Positions 10,512-26,116 of a stretch of DNA of 64,000 nt are shown one piece after another. How positions within the stretch are numbered: position 1 is the stretch's first letter; each line of letters begins with the position of its first letter. This DNA comes from an uncultured Phycisphaerales bacterium (GTDB taxonomy: Bacteria > Planctomycetota > Phycisphaerae > Sedimentisphaerales > Anaerobacaceae), in the NCBI GenBank assembly GCA_963718665.1, contig OY970359.1:832001-896000 (forward strand). Reading direction: 5' to 3'. The notes beneath the pieces were generated by a model, which searched no databases, had not been told where the DNA came from, and saw only the letters and a list, made by a program, of their open reading frames with translations. The translations under genes were made by a program, and so were the position numbers.

Positions 10512-11060
10512 TTATGGCTGCGAAACCGTAATATATATATGACAACCTTTTTTAGTGAGAGAATGAGCTCTGCCTCTGTCCTTGGCTATCCATCGCTTGG
10601 TGCCGATCCTGACACCCGCGTCATCCACACGCGCCTCACTTATGTAAAGATTATCCACGTCTGCTTCCTGCTCATCCGCGTCGGCTATCGCCGCGCGAAG
10701 CGTCTTGCTTATCATTTCCGCGGCACGCTTCCGCGTGAACTTCAAAATATCCAGCGCGTCCTGCACCTTCCGGCCCGCTATCAACTGCGTAACCAGCCGT
10801 GCCTTGCGCGGTGCAAACGGTGCGTATCGGCAGGTTGAACACCAACCGGCAATATCATTCGGCTCAACTCCCAGCGCCGTCGCCAGACGCTTTACGTCTT
10901 CGCTGCTGGGTATCGGCTTGAATAAACCGTGCTGCCAGTTCTTTACAGCCGATATCGCGTCCTGCTTATCAAGCCCCGCCCTTACAATCTGGCCGCCCAA
11001 TTGCTCCACGCTAATCTTACGCTGCTTACTGATTTTTTTTAATTTTTCCGGGTTCAACAT
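10512..11060 (-). CDS. rplV: 50S ribosomal protein L22 with N-terminal XRE/Cro-like HTH domain
   Basis: C-terminal ~110 aa are L22 (PRKARLV..LIAGRKVQDAL, RGRA...HIYITV); N-terminal ~70 aa fit the XRE HTH pattern; position between rpsS and rpsC. Confidence 0.92.
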   Translation of the reverse strand: MLNPEKLKKISKQRKISVEQLGGQIVRAGLDKQDAISAVKNWQHGLFKPIPSSEDVKRLATALGVEPNDIAGWCSTCRYAPFAPRKARLVTQLIAGRKVQDALDILKFTRKRAAEMISKTLRAAIADADEQEADVDNLYISEARVDDAGVRIGTKRWIAKDRGRAHSLTKKGCHIYITVSQP

Positions 11061-11074
11061 ATCTATTCAAAACC

Positions 11075-11371
11075 TTACTCTCTAGCCGGTGCTGCCGTCT
11101 CTTCTTCTACCTTCCTTGTTGAATGTCCTCTGAATACCCTGGTCGGCGAAAATTCCCCGAGCTTATGACCAACCATATCCTCGGTAACGTAAACTTTGTG
11201 GAACATTTTGCCGTTATGCACCATAAATGTATAACCAATGAATTCCGGAATTATCGTGCACCTTCGTGCCCAGGTCTTTATCGGCTCGCGTAACCCGGTC
11301 TGTATCTGCTTGTTGACCTTCGCAAACAGTTTCACGTCAACATACGGTCCTTTTTTCAGCGATCTTCCCAT
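11075..11371 (-). CDS. rpsS: 30S ribosomal protein S19
   Basis: [25 protein letters not shown]. Confidence 0.98.
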   Translation of the reverse strand: MGRSLKKGPYVDVKLFAKVNKQIQTGLREPIKTWARRCTIIPEFIGYTFMVHNGKMFHKVYVTEDMVGHKLGEFSPTRVFRGHSTRKVEEETAAPARE

Positions 11372-11417
11372 TCGATTTCCTCAGGCCGGTCAACCGGCCT
11401 CGATAACATCCTTCCCA

Positions 11418-12269
11418 TCAAATTTCCACTTGTCCATGCGCGCTGCTCTTGCGTCTCCGGATAATTCGCTGGCTGCTGACTTTTCTCGGGCATCTTGTTT
11501 TTCCGCCCTTTGCCAGCACGCCGGTCGGTGAGCAGGGATGACGTCCGCCGTTGCTCCTGCCTTCGCCGCCGCCCATCGGATGCGCTACCGGGTTCTGTGC
11601 CTTGCCGCGAACGTGGCCTCTGCGGCCTTTATGTCTTGTCCGCCCCGCCTTGCCCCACCGGATATTCTGGTAGTCGGAATTGCCCAGCTTGCCTATCGTC
11701 GCGCGACATTCTTTGCGCACCATTCTCATTTCACCGCTGGGCAGTTGAAGCGTTACCCAGTCGCCTTCTTTCGCTATTATTCTCGCCGCCGAGCCGGCAA
11801 CACGCACTAACTTGCCGCCCTGGCCGGCTGTCATTTCAATATTATGAACTTCAAGACCGCTCGGAATTGCCTCTAACGGCATCGCGTTGCCGACTTTCGG
11901 CTCGCAAACCATACCGCTCTCGACTTTATCGCCCATTTTAATGCCTTCCGGGGCCAGTATGTATCGTTTTTCGCCGTCAACGTAGTGCAGCAATGATATA
12001 TAACAATTCCTGTTCGGGTCATATTCCACGCTTGCTACGTTCGCGCTGACGCCGTCTTTGTTCCTCTTAAAATCAATGAGGCGGTAAATCTGCCTCGCAC
12101 CGCCTCCTCTGAACCGAACCATAGTCATACCACTGTGGTTTCTGCCGCCTGATTTCTTTATGCGAATACACAGGGACTTTTCCGGCCTGTCAGTGGTCAG
12201 CTCGGCAAAATCATTTACTGAGCTGTTCCTGCGTCCTGCGCTTGTCGGCTTGTATATTTTAATTCCCAT
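11418..12269 (-). CDS. rplB: 50S ribosomal protein L2
   Basis: EYDPNR, GEKRYILAP, GKAGR, NPVAHPMGGGEG. Confidence 0.98.
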   Translation of the reverse strand: MGIKIYKPTSAGRRNSSVNDFAELTTDRPEKSLCIRIKKSGGRNHSGMTMVRFRGGGARQIYRLIDFKRNKDGVSANVASVEYDPNRNCYISLLHYVDGEKRYILAPEGIKMGDKVESGMVCEPKVGNAMPLEAIPSGLEVHNIEMTAGQGGKLVRVAGSAARIIAKEGDWVTLQLPSGEMRMVRKECRATIGKLGNSDYQNIRWGKAGRTRHKGRRGHVRGKAQNPVAHPMGGGEGRSNGGRHPCSPTGVLAKGGKTRCPRKVSSQRIIRRRKSSAHGQVEI

Positions 12270-12291
12270 ATTGCTTCTCTTGCTCTCTTTA

Positions 12292-12570
12292 TTAGAACAG
12301 GTCGATATGATAATCGGGTTTCAGGTACACCACGGCCTTTTTCCAGTCCTGCGTGAAACCCGACGTCCTGCCCTTGCGTCTGAACTTCCCTTTTCTGTTC
12401 GCGGTCCTCACCTTGTCAACCTTAACTGCGTACAGCCGCTCAACAGCGCCTCTAATCTGCATCTTGTTGGCGTCCTTGTTCACTTCGAACGCGTACGCGC
12501 TTATTTTACCTGCAAGGTGCGTACCCTGCTCTGTAATCAACGGTTTAACTATAATATTATGGTCTTTCAT
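12292..12570 (-). CDS. rplW: 50S ribosomal protein L23
   Basis: KPLITE, ANKMQIRGAVE, WKKAVV. Confidence 0.96.
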   Translation of the reverse strand: MKDHNIIVKPLITEQGTHLAGKISAYAFEVNKDANKMQIRGAVERLYAVKVDKVRTANRKGKFRRKGRTSGFTQDWKKAVVYLKPDYHIDLF

Positions 12571-12581
12571 AACGCCGGCAG

Positions 12582-13217
12582 TTAATTCTCACCTGATTCA
12601 TTCTTGTTCACAAGAGACAGAAACGCCTCTTTGGTAAACAACAGTTTTGTATGTCTGCAAATATCCCCCGCGTTTGATTCCGCCGCCAGGAGCACCGACA
12701 CCTTCGGTATATTTCTCGCTGAGCGCCAAAGCGTATCGTTGTGCTCACCGATTATCACAAGACAACTGCGTTCTATTTTAAGATTCCCGAGTATATTCGC
12801 GAAATCCTTTGTCTTCGGCTTCTCAAACGCAAGCTGGTCAACAACAACAACATTATTGCTCAAAAGCTTCGACAGTATCGCCGAATCTCTCGCTAATTTC
12901 TTCTGCTTTTTGGGCATGTCCTGACTGAAATCCCTCGCTTTTTTCGCGAATGTTACACCGCCGCCGACTCTTTTAGCCGTCCTGATTGTGCCGGCCCTGG
13001 CGTTACCGGTATGCTTCTGTGCGTATATCTTGCGGGTCGAACCTTCAATCTGCCCCCTGCCTTTTGTCGCCGCAGTGCCCACCCGTTTGTTCGCGTTGTA
13101 CATTACTATTGCCTGCTTCAGCAATGCGTATCTCACGCGCCCGCCGAACGCCGACTCTGCGACCTTCAGGCTGCCAACCTCTTTACCGCTCTTATCATAT
13201 ACAGGCAAGCTTATCAT
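12582..13217 (-). CDS. rplD: 50S ribosomal protein L4
   Basis: GTAATKGRG, QKHTGNARAG, SARNIP. Confidence 0.97.
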   Translation of the reverse strand: MISLPVYDKSGKEVGSLKVAESAFGGRVRYALLKQAIVMYNANKRVGTAATKGRGQIEGSTRKIYAQKHTGNARAGTIRTAKRVGGGVTFAKKARDFSQDMPKKQKKLARDSAILSKLLSNNVVVVDQLAFEKPKTKDFANILGNLKIERSCLVIIGEHNDTLWRSARNIPKVSVLLAAESNAGDICRHTKLLFTKEAFLSLVNKNESGEN

Positions 13218-13238
13218 CTGCTAATCCCTGTGCCCAAC

Positions 13239-13892
13239 CTATACTTTATTCTTCTGTGAAGTTCTAACTACAACATAACCGCCCGAAGGCCCGGGTACTG
13301 AACCTTTTACTACGAGCAGATTATTTTCCGGATCTATTGAAACAAGCTGATGTGTTTTGACTGTGATTCTCTTGGCCCCCATGTGTCCGCCCATCTTTTT
13401 ACCCTTCTTTATGTCACCACCGTGACCACGGTCGGTTCCATAACCCGCCTGCGAACCCGGCGAACGGTGCTTGCGTTCTGTGCCGTGCGAACCAGGCATG
13501 CCGCCGAAATGGTGTCGCTTCATCGGGCCTGCGAATCCCTTGCCTTTGCTCGTCCCGATGACATCGACGAATTTCGTTTCCGCGAATGTCGTTACCGTTA
13601 CAGCGTCGCCCGGATTCACTTCCGCTTTCGCATCGCCGATAAGACGCATTTCCCTGATAAATCTCTTCGGGGCAGTCTTGGCCTTCTCAGCGTGTGCAAT
13701 CGCGGCCTTGGTGCTGCGCGACGCTTTCACGTCGTCAAACCCGAGCTGAACCGCGTTATAGCCGTCTGTCTCAACGGTCTTTACCTGCATAACGACACAG
13801 GGGCCGGCCTGTATGACCGTAACGGGCAACAGCCGTTCCTTCTCATCGTAAACCTGCGTCATTCCAACTTTTTTTCCAAGCAGCATTGCCAC
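13239..13892 (-). CDS. rplC: 50S ribosomal protein L3
   Basis: LGKKVGMTQ, DGYNAVQLG, SKGKGFAG, KGSVPG. Confidence 0.98.
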   Translation of the reverse strand: MAMLLGKKVGMTQVYDEKERLLPVTVIQAGPCVVMQVKTVETDGYNAVQLGFDDVKASRSTKAAIAHAEKAKTAPKRFIREMRLIGDAKAEVNPGDAVTVTTFAETKFVDVIGTSKGKGFAGPMKRHHFGGMPGSHGTERKHRSPGSQAGYGTDRGHGGDIKKGKKMGGHMGAKRITVKTHQLVSIDPENNLLVVKGSVPGPSGGYVVVRTSQKNKV

Positions 13893-13922
13893 TTTTATCT
13901 TCCCTGTTACTGACCTGCTTTA

Positions 13923-14237
13923 TTATGCCTTGATTTTTACGAAAACACCGGCAGGCACAACCAGCCGGTTAAGAACTTCAACCGTCCGTGCATTCGCCTC
14001 GCGAATATCAATCAGACGCTTGTGCGTTCGCAACTCAAATTGTTCACGTGATTTCTTGTCGATATGCGGGCTTCTCAGCACGGTGTATCTTTCGATACGT
14101 GTCGGCAGGGGAATGGGGCCGCTGATACGAGCATTGGTCCTTCTGGCGTGTTCCACTATTTCCTTTGCGGATGCATCCAGAATCCTGTGGTCGTATGCTT
14201 CCATCCTTATTTTTATTCTTTCTGTTTCACCGGCCAT
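13923..14237 (-). CDS. rpsJ: 30S ribosomal protein S10
   Basis: [21 protein letters not shown]. Confidence 0.98.
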   Translation of the reverse strand: MAGETERIKIRMEAYDHRILDASAKEIVEHARRTNARISGPIPLPTRIERYTVLRSPHIDKKSREQFELRTHKRLIDIREANARTVEVLNRLVVPAGVFVKIKA

Positions 14238-14660
14238 AATACTGTGCCTAAATTCTTAGTATTGTTACAACCTGTTTTTTCACACCTTTGACCGCGACTA
14301 CTACACTTCTGCTGTCACTGCACCGACAAAAACACCCCTGCGGTTTCAGCGCTCTATCATGCCTTCTTGGCAGGAAGGACCTGATTTGGTCATCAAACGC
14401 CCGCGGTCACAGGCATCCGACGCCACAATCGCCTTCCTTAACGAATCGGGGTTCTAATCCTTTTGGACAAAGCTGCCTGGCCCTCAGCCGACAACTCATC
14501 CCAGCTCTTACGGGGTTTATTGGCAACCCCTGCTGTACCCCTTAATTAAACCAATCAACCAATCAAACCGTCCTTGACGACCACGATTCGCAAGACGTGT
14601 TACAGCCCAACTCGTCAATCGCAAAGCCATCCCTGGCGATGCTCGCTACGGCTGAAAGAT
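14238..14660 (-). ncRNA. candidate long structured 5' leader of the S10 operon
   Basis: No credible ORF; several nested inverted repeats (14289-96/14402-09, 14512-17/14525-30, 14574-80/14612-18, 14566-71/14648-53) between promoter and rpsJ. Confidence 0.55.
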
Positions 14661-14664
14661 TAGC

Positions 14665-14693
14665 AATTTAACATACAGCCCGACTTACGTCAA
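14665..14693 (-). promoter_or_regulatory. sigma70-type promoter for S10 operon
   Basis: TTGACG-17 nt-TAAATT with extended -10 TG and AT-rich upstream tract. Confidence 0.75.
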
Positions 14694-14734
14694 CCAGCAA
14701 ATTACAAAAATTTTTCAAAGAAATTAATATTTTT

Positions 14735-16813
14735 TTACAGCGATATAACCTGTTCAGCAATCTGTTCGGGCACTTTCTCGTAACTTAAGGGCTCCATCGT
14801 AAACGTGCCTCGACCGGCTGTCGCGCTTCTTATCTCGCTGGAATACCCGAACATCTCGGACAACGGGACTTTAGCGTCAATTGTCCGCGTTTTTCCGTGA
14901 ATCCTGCTGTCTGTGATAAATCCCCTCTTGGAAAGCAAGCTGGCCTGGATAACCCCGAAATGGGCCTCCGGAACAATAACCTCAATCTTCATAACCGGCT
15001 CCAAAAGTATCGGGCCGGCCTTCTCGAGGGCCGCCTTAATCGCAATCGCCGCCGCCTGCTCAAATGCAATATCCGATGAATCCACAGTATGATATGAGCC
15101 GTCAATTAACGTAACTTTAATCCCCATAACGGGATAGCCCGCTAAAGTGCCTGTCCCAAGGGCATCTTCAACCCCCTTCTCGACAGCCCCGACATACTCT
15201 CTGGGCACCCTGTCTCCACCTGCCTCATTGATAAACTCCATCTCCCTGCTCAAGTGTCCGTCTTCGCCAAATAATGGCTCAACCTTCAAAACAACATGCC
15301 CATATTGCCCCCTTCCCCCAGTTTGACGCACAAACTTGCCTTCCGATTCGGCTTGTTTGGTAATCGCCTCTTTATATGCCACACGAGGCCTGCCAACCTT
15401 GATATCTACCCCTTTTTCCTTCATCAGCTTGTGCTGCAGAATCTCAAGATGAAGCTCGCCCATACCGCTGATAATCATTTGGCCGGTTTCGTGGTCAACC
15501 TTCGATTCAAAAGTCGGGTCTTCCCGCCGCAATGCTGCAAGGGCGTCGCCCAGCTTATTTTTATCGCCGGCCGTCTTCGGCTCTATCGACATACTTATTA
15601 CCGTCTGCGGGAAAGTAATGCTGGCAAGCAGCACCGGATGTTTCGGGTCGCTAAGCGTGTCGCCCGTAATTGTATGTTTAGGTCCAACCACAGCCACTAT
15701 GTCACCTGCATGGGCCTCTTCGAGAATTTTGCGGTCGTTGGCGTGCATCTCAAACATTCGCGTGATATTTTCCCGCTTGTCGCGAGTAACATTGAGCACC
15801 CTGCTGCCCGACTTCAATGTCCCCTGGTATATCCTTATGAAATTCAGGTCCCCGTGCGGCTCACTGATAATCTTAAAGGCAAGAGCCACTAAACTGCCTT
15901 TCGGGTCGCACTTGACCGGGATTTTCTTTTCCTCGTCGCCGGGCGCATGGGCGATAATCGGCGGTTTTTCCATCGGCGAAGGTAAATATGCCACAACCCC
16001 GTCCAGCAGCTTCTGAATGCCGATATACTGCAAAGCAGACCCGCAAAACACAGGGTGCAGCTTGCCGGCAATTGTCCCCTTCCTTATCGCCCTGTGAATC
16101 AGCTCCTCCTCAATGGGCTTGTCGTGAACGTATTTATCCATCATTTCTTCATCATGCTCAGCCGCGTGCTCAAGCAGCGTATGCCTGGCCTGCTCCACTT
16201 TGCTGTGGTACTCCGCGGGAATCTCGACCTCCTCGAAATCAGCCCCCAGCTTTTTCGTGTCGAAAATAACCGCGTGCATCTTGATTAAATCTATAACCCC
16301 GGTAAAAGTGTCTGAAGCCCCTATTGGAAGCTGTACAACAAGGGGATTGGCAACAAGTTTTTCTCTGATGCTGTCAATGCTCATTTCAAAATCAGCACCG
16401 ACCTTGTCCATTTTGTTGATAAAGCAAAGGCAGGGCACGCCGTATTTCTGTCCCTGTCTCCAGACCGTCTCGCTCTGCGCCTGCACGCCTTCACTGCCAT
16501 CAAAAACAATCACGGCCCCGTCAAGCACTCTCAACGACCTTTCCACTTCCGCCGTAAAATCAATGTGTCCCGGCGTATCAATAAGGTTGACTTCCGCCCC
16601 GGCCCACGGGAATCTTGTCGCCGCCGACGTAATGGTTATCCCTCTTTTTTGCTCTTCTTCGAGGTAGTCCATCACCGCCGTGCCGTCGTGAACCTCGCCC
16701 ATTTTGTAGGTCTTGCCAGCATAATAAAGAACTCGCTCAGACACCGTCGTTTTGCCTGCGTCAATATGAGCGATAATGCCTATATTGCGTATTTTCTTAA
16801 GCTCTTCTAACAT
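14735..16813 (-). CDS. fusA: elongation factor G
   Basis: AHIDAGKTT, RGITI, DTPGH, NKMD, GMGELHL, QTGGRGQYGH. Confidence 0.98.
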   Translation of the reverse strand: MLEELKKIRNIGIIAHIDAGKTTVSERVLYYAGKTYKMGEVHDGTAVMDYLEEEQKRGITITSAATRFPWAGAEVNLIDTPGHIDFTAEVERSLRVLDGAVIVFDGSEGVQAQSETVWRQGQKYGVPCLCFINKMDKVGADFEMSIDSIREKLVANPLVVQLPIGASDTFTGVIDLIKMHAVIFDTKKLGADFEEVEIPAEYHSKVEQARHTLLEHAAEHDEEMMDKYVHDKPIEEELIHRAIRKGTIAGKLHPVFCGSALQYIGIQKLLDGVVAYLPSPMEKPPIIAHAPGDEEKKIPVKCDPKGSLVALAFKIISEPHGDLNFIRIYQGTLKSGSRVLNVTRDKRENITRMFEMHANDRKILEEAHAGDIVAVVGPKHTITGDTLSDPKHPVLLASITFPQTVISMSIEPKTAGDKNKLGDALAALRREDPTFESKVDHETGQMIISGMGELHLEILQHKLMKEKGVDIKVGRPRVAYKEAITKQAESEGKFVRQTGGRGQYGHVVLKVEPLFGEDGHLSREMEFINEAGGDRVPREYVGAVEKGVEDALGTGTLAGYPVMGIKVTLIDGSYHTVDSSDIAFEQAAAIAIKAALEKAGPILLEPVMKIEVIVPEAHFGVIQASLLSKRGFITDSRIHGKTRTIDAKVPLSEMFGYSSEIRSATAGRGTFTMEPLSYEKVPEQIAEQVISL

Positions 16814-16842
16814 CTGTTTGTCATCACTAAAAAAATTTCAAT

Positions 16843-16884
16843 AAAAAAAACTGCCACGGTTGACCATAAGGCACCATGGCAGTT
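16843..16884 (-). terminator. intrinsic-terminator-like hairpin between rpsG and fusA
   Basis: Minus strand CTGCCATGGT...ACCGTGGCAG stem followed by T8. Confidence 0.6.
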
Positions 16885-16897
16885 CAATACGTCCTTG

Positions 16898-17371
16898 CTA
16901 CCACGCGAAATGGGCAAACGCCTTGTTGGCGTCCGCCATCTTGTGCACGTTTTCCCTCATCATCATTGCGCCGCCTTTTTTGTTGTAGGCCTCAATCAGC
17001 TCCGCCGCCAGGCGTTCACACATGGGCTTGCCCTTTGCGCCTCTCGACGCATCGAGTATCCATCGTATCGCCAGCGACTGCTGACGCTTCGAGCTTACCT
17101 GCATCGGGACCTGGTAACTTGCCCCGCCGACGCGCTTGCTGCGAACCTCAATCGCCGGCTTGACATTATTCACCGCGGCCTCGAAAACCTCAATCGCCGG
17201 AGCGGCCTTTTCCTTCTCGGCTATTATATCTATCGCATCGTAAAATATCCGCTGCGCAACGCTCTTTTTGCCTGCCCACATCAGGCAGTTGATAAATTTC
17301 CCCGCCAGCCGGCTGTTATATTTGCCGTCGGCCTTCAACTGCTCTTTTGACGCTGTTGCTTTTTTTGCCAT
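16898..17371 (-). CDS. rpsG: 30S ribosomal protein S7
   Basis: [35 protein letters not shown]. Confidence 0.98.
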   Translation of the reverse strand: MAKKATASKEQLKADGKYNSRLAGKFINCLMWAGKKSVAQRIFYDAIDIIAEKEKAAPAIEVFEAAVNNVKPAIEVRSKRVGGASYQVPMQVSSKRQQSLAIRWILDASRGAKGKPMCERLAAELIEAYNKKGGAMMMRENVHKMADANKAFAHFAW

Positions 17372-17413
17372 TCTTTTGTTCCTCGATACCCTTACTCAAA
17401 CCTTAAAAGTAAA

Positions 17414-17785
17414 TTATTTGCCTTTCTTTGCGCCGTATTTGCTTCTGCCCCGCCTGCGATTGGCGACGCCCGCGCAATCCAGCACCCCGCGAATTATATG
17501 GTAACGCACGCCGGGCAAATCACGCACGCGGCCCCCTCGTATCATTACCGTGCTGTGTTCCTGCAGGTTGTGGTCTATTCCCGGTATATAAGCCGTTACT
17601 TCCTTGCCGTTGGTCAGCCGAACACGAGCCACCTTACGCAAAGCCGAATTGGGCTTCTTGGGAGTCATCGTCCGGACAATCAGGCATACCCCTCGTTTCT
17701 GGGGCGACCCGCTTATATCCGACCGTCTTTTCTGGCCCTTTGATTTGGCTCTCGGCTTTCTTACCAACTGGTTCATTGTCGCCAT
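17414..17785 (-). CDS. rpsL: 30S ribosomal protein S12
   Basis: [23 protein letters not shown]. Confidence 0.98.
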   Translation of the reverse strand: MATMNQLVRKPRAKSKGQKRRSDISGSPQKRGVCLIVRTMTPKKPNSALRKVARVRLTNGKEVTAYIPGIDHNLQEHSTVMIRGGRVRDLPGVRYHIIRGVLDCAGVANRRRGRSKYGAKKGK

Positions 17786-17813
17786 AAATCTGTCACTCCA
17801 ACGTCTATAAAAA

Positions 17814-22206
<4,393 letters not shown>

Positions 22207-22275
22207 TTATCTCTGGCTCCTTAATGACACTATTGCCAATATAATCAACAAGGGTTCCCGACACTCTATCGACCT

Positions 22276-25200
22276 TTACAAAGTTACTGTTCCACCCAGC
22301 CGTTTCTTTTCGAGCTGGATATTCAGACCCAGCCCTCTTATTTCATTGCAAAGCACGTCAAACGACAGCGGCGTCCCGGCCTCGAGGGTATTTTGCCCCT
22401 TTACCATCGACTCGTATATCTTGGTGCGCCCCTCAACGTCGTCGCTCTTTACCGTAAGCATTTCCTGCAATGTATAAGCTGCGCCGTAACCTTCCAGCGC
22501 CCAAACTTCCATTTCGCCGAACCTCTGTCCGCCCGTCCTCGCCTTGCCGCCCAATGGCTGCTGCGTTATCAAGCTGTAAGGCCCCGTCGAACGAGCGTGA
22601 ATCTTGTCGTCAACCAAATGATGCAGTTTCATAATATAGATAAACCCAATCGTCGCCTGCTGGTCGAACGGCTCACCCGTCCGCCCGTCATACAACTGTG
22701 TCTTCAGCGACTTGGGAACCCGAACAAAAAGCTCATCGTCCGCGGGGGCATGGCCTGCCTTCTCAAGCTCAACCTTTCGACGAGCCATCAATTCGTTGGC
22801 CTCCTCGGTCAGGTTTCTGATGTCCTGCTCCTTGGCGCCGTCGAACACAGGCGTAACCGCCGTAAAGCCCAGCACCTTCGCTACCCAGCCCAGGTGCGTC
22901 TCAAGAATCTGGCCGACGTTCATTCTGCTCGGCACACCCAGCGGGTTGAGCAGTATGTCAATCGGCGTGCCATCCTCAAGGAACGGCATATCTTCCTGCG
23001 GCAACACCTTCGCGATAACGCCTTTGTTGCCGTGGCGACCTGCGATTTTGTCTCCAATCGACATAATTCGTTTGGTCGCGACATATATTTTGACCATTTC
23101 AATAACACCGCTGGGAAGTTCATCGCCGTGTTTCAGCCGTTCGACTCGCTTTTTGGCTTCCTCATCGAGCGCTTTTATTTTCTCAATGAACTTATCCGCC
23201 AGCTTCTCGACCTTCTCACGCATCGGGGCGGGCTTGACCCATTTTATATCCCAGTTGGTAACCTGCTCGTAAACAACCTCGTCGTCTTCGCTGATGCCTG
23301 CCTTCTGCCTGCTGGACGGGTCAACAATATCGACCTCGAATTTCTCATGAATCGCGGCCACCATTTGCCTGAATATCACGCACTGCTTTGACCGTATATC
23401 TTTTTCAATTTCTCTTATCTGGGCGTTAATCGCCTTTTTGCCCTCTTCGCCGCCTGCTCCTCGCCGCACAAAACGCTCGGTTTTAATGACGACGCCTTCG
23501 TAACCGTTGGGCAGCTCAAGCGAATCATTCTTAACGTCTTCGCCGGCCCTTCCGAATATCGCATGCAGCAGTTTTTCTTCGGGCGTAAGCTCGGTCTTGC
23601 CCTTCGGCACAACCTTGCCCACCAGGATATCGCCCGGCTGAACCCTCGTGCCCTCCTGAACCACGCCGTGCTCGTCAAGATTACGCAGCGCTTTTTCGCT
23701 TACGTTTGGTATGTCGTTGGTGAATTCTTCCTTGCCCAACGGCGTCTCGCGTATCTCGGCGTCAAACTCATTGATATGAATACTTGTGAAGCTGTCATTC
23801 CTGACTAATCGCTCGCTGACAATGATAGCGTCCTCGAAGTTGAATCCTTCGTATGACATAAACGCACAAAGCACGTTCCTGCCTAATGCAAGCACACCGT
23901 TTTCAGTGCCACCGCCGTCAGCCAGCGTCTGGTCTTTCTCAACCTTTTGCCCAAGTTTGACAATCGGTCTCTGATTAAGACACGTCCGCTCATTCAAGCC
24001 GAAGTATTTCTCCAGCTTATATTCATCTGTATGATTAATCACAATCTTAGTGGCATCAACGGCGGTAACTGTTCCCGCCTTTTGCGCCCGCACAACCATA
24101 CTCGAATACCGCCCCGCCATTTCTTCCATACCCGTCTGAACCAGCGGCGCTTCGCACTTCAACAGCGGCACCGCCTGGCGTTGCATGTTCGAACCCATCA
24201 GCGCCCTGTTCGCGTCGTCGTGCTCAAGGAACGGTATCAACGCAGCCGACAAACCTACAATCTGCTTGGGCGAAACATCGACGTAATTCACCTCATCGCG
24301 TCCTACCTGTGCAAGTTCACCCTGCTGTCGTGCCAGCACCATACCTTCCGGTATCCTGTTTGTTTCCGGGTCAACCGCACTTGGCGGAGCGAATATCGCT
24401 TTCATTTCCTCATCCGCCCGCAGGAATGCGACGCTGCCCGTAACCTTGCCCTTGTCAACCTTGTAATAAGGCGACAGCAGGAACCCATACTCGTCAACCG
24501 TGGCAAATATCGCCAGCGAGCTGATAAGACCGATGTTTGTGCCTTCCGGCGTCTCTACCGGGCAAATCCTGCCGTAGTGACTGATATGAACGTCGCGAAC
24601 TTCAAAGCCCGCGCGTCTTCTGTTCAAACCGCCAGGCCCAAGCGCCGACAAACGTCTTTCGTGTGTCAACTGGCTAAGCGAATTGGTCTGGTCAACTATC
24701 TGGCTCAGTTCGCCTCGTCCGAAGAAAAAGTTTATGCTGCTCGATACGCTCTTCGAATTGACAAGGTCCGCTATCCGCAATGGCTGCTCGCCTTCCTTCA
24801 TCGTGCTCATTCGTTCCTGCACGGTCTTGCGAAGCTTCAAAAGCCCCTTGCGAATTTCGCCGCCTGCCAATTCATCAATTGTTCTCAGCCGACGGTTGCC
24901 CAGATGGTCAATATCATCAACCTCGCCCTCGTTGTTCCGCAATCCGATTATATATTTCACCGCATTGATGAAATCCTCGGCCCGCAGCGTCATTTCCGTA
25001 AGGGCAACGTTTTGTCCGAATTTACGATTCAGCCGGAACCTGCCCACTTTGCCTAACCGGTACCGGTTGACATCAAAGAACTTCTCCTCGAAGAATTGTT
25101 TGGCCTTTTCCTGGTTGGCAGGATTGCCGGGCCGTAACCTCACGTAAAACTTCAACAACGCCTGGTCATGATTCTTGCAGTCGTCTTCCGCAAGCGTATT

Positions 25201-26037
25201 GAACACCAGCGCATCACACGACCCTTCGACTATCTCGATTTTCTTTATTTCGCTTTGCTGAATAATCGAAACCTTGTCGCCGATTTGTGCGCCCGCTTTT
25301 ACGATTATCTCGCCGCTTTCGGTATCGACAATATCTCGCACCACCCACATATCAGGCGAAAGCTTGTTCTTCTGCACCTCTTTGGTCTCGTAGAACCGCC
25401 TGATTATCTGTTCTGTCTCGCTGAAATCAGGACTTAACGCTCGCAGGAAAATCGTCGCGGGAATCTTGCTTGACTGGTCTATTTTCACAACCAGAACGTC
25501 TTTGTGTGTAACGCTGATTTCTATCCAGCTTCCGCGTTCCGGGATGATTCTGCCGCCGTGAAGTATGCGGTCGCCTTCTTTGCTCTCTACAAGGAAATCA
25601 ACGCCGGGACTCCTGTGAAGCTGGCTTACGATAACCCTTTCGGCTCCGTTGATAATGAACTCACCGCCGCCGATCATGACGGGTATTTCGCCGAGATATA
25701 TCGCCTGTTCGGCTATGTCCTGTCCGTCCTTGTTGCGAAGCCGACAGGTAATCTTGAGCGGATAACCGTACGTCAGGCGAAGCTGCCTGCACTCGTTTAT
25801 GGTGTACCTCGGCTGCTCAAGCTCATAGTAAAGGTACTCAAGGATTATCCCTTTATCGTAGCTCTCTATCGGGAAGGTCTCCCGAAACAGCTCTTCCAGG
25901 CCCCTGTTCGCACGCTTCGTAGGGACTACGTCCATTTGCAGAAACTCTCCGTAGCCCTTCCTCTGCACGACAACAAGGTCAGGGATTTCGACTTTCTCCC
26001 GCATTTTGCCGAAATTACGAACTTTCAATTCAGCCAT
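22276..26037 (-). CDS. rpoB: RNA polymerase beta subunit
   Basis: [49 protein letters not shown]. Confidence 0.99.
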   Translation of the reverse strand: MAELKVRNFGKMREKVEIPDLVVVQRKGYGEFLQMDVVPTKRANRGLEELFRETFPIESYDKGIILEYLYYELEQPRYTINECRQLRLTYGYPLKITCRLRNKDGQDIAEQAIYLGEIPVMIGGGEFIINGAERVIVSQLHRSPGVDFLVESKEGDRILHGGRIIPERGSWIEISVTHKDVLVVKIDQSSKIPATIFLRALSPDFSETEQIIRRFYETKEVQKNKLSPDMWVVRDIVDTESGEIIVKAGAQIGDKVSIIQQSEIKKIEIVEGSCDALVFNTLAEDDCKNHDQALLKFYVRLRPGNPANQEKAKQFFEEKFFDVNRYRLGKVGRFRLNRKFGQNVALTEMTLRAEDFINAVKYIIGLRNNEGEVDDIDHLGNRRLRTIDELAGGEIRKGLLKLRKTVQERMSTMKEGEQPLRIADLVNSKSVSSSINFFFGRGELSQIVDQTNSLSQLTHERRLSALGPGGLNRRRAGFEVRDVHISHYGRICPVETPEGTNIGLISSLAIFATVDEYGFLLSPYYKVDKGKVTGSVAFLRADEEMKAIFAPPSAVDPETNRIPEGMVLARQQGELAQVGRDEVNYVDVSPKQIVGLSAALIPFLEHDDANRALMGSNMQRQAVPLLKCEAPLVQTGMEEMAGRYSSMVVRAQKAGTVTAVDATKIVINHTDEYKLEKYFGLNERTCLNQRPIVKLGQKVEKDQTLADGGGTENGVLALGRNVLCAFMSYEGFNFEDAIIVSERLVRNDSFTSIHINEFDAEIRETPLGKEEFTNDIPNVSEKALRNLDEHGVVQEGTRVQPGDILVGKVVPKGKTELTPEEKLLHAIFGRAGEDVKNDSLELPNGYEGVVIKTERFVRRGAGGEEGKKAINAQIREIEKDIRSKQCVIFRQMVAAIHEKFEVDIVDPSSRQKAGISEDDEVVYEQVTNWDIKWVKPAPMREKVEKLADKFIEKIKALDEEAKKRVERLKHGDELPSGVIEMVKIYVATKRIMSIGDKIAGRHGNKGVIAKVLPQEDMPFLEDGTPIDILLNPLGVPSRMNVGQILETHLGWVAKVLGFTAVTPVFDGAKEQDIRNLTEEANELMARRKVELEKAGHAPADDELFVRVPKSLKTQLYDGRTGEPFDQQATIGFIYIMKLHHLVDDKIHARSTGPYSLITQQPLGGKARTGGQRFGEMEVWALEGYGAAYTLQEMLTVKSDDVEGRTKIYESMVKGQNTLEAGTPLSFDVLCNEIRGLGLNIQLEKKRLGGTVTL

Positions 26038-26116
26038 TTTTCAGTCCCGAATTAAACGGCAATCGTTAAATTGTCTTGTTTTTTTATTTTTGGCCCTTTA
26101 GGGGCACATTCAATCG

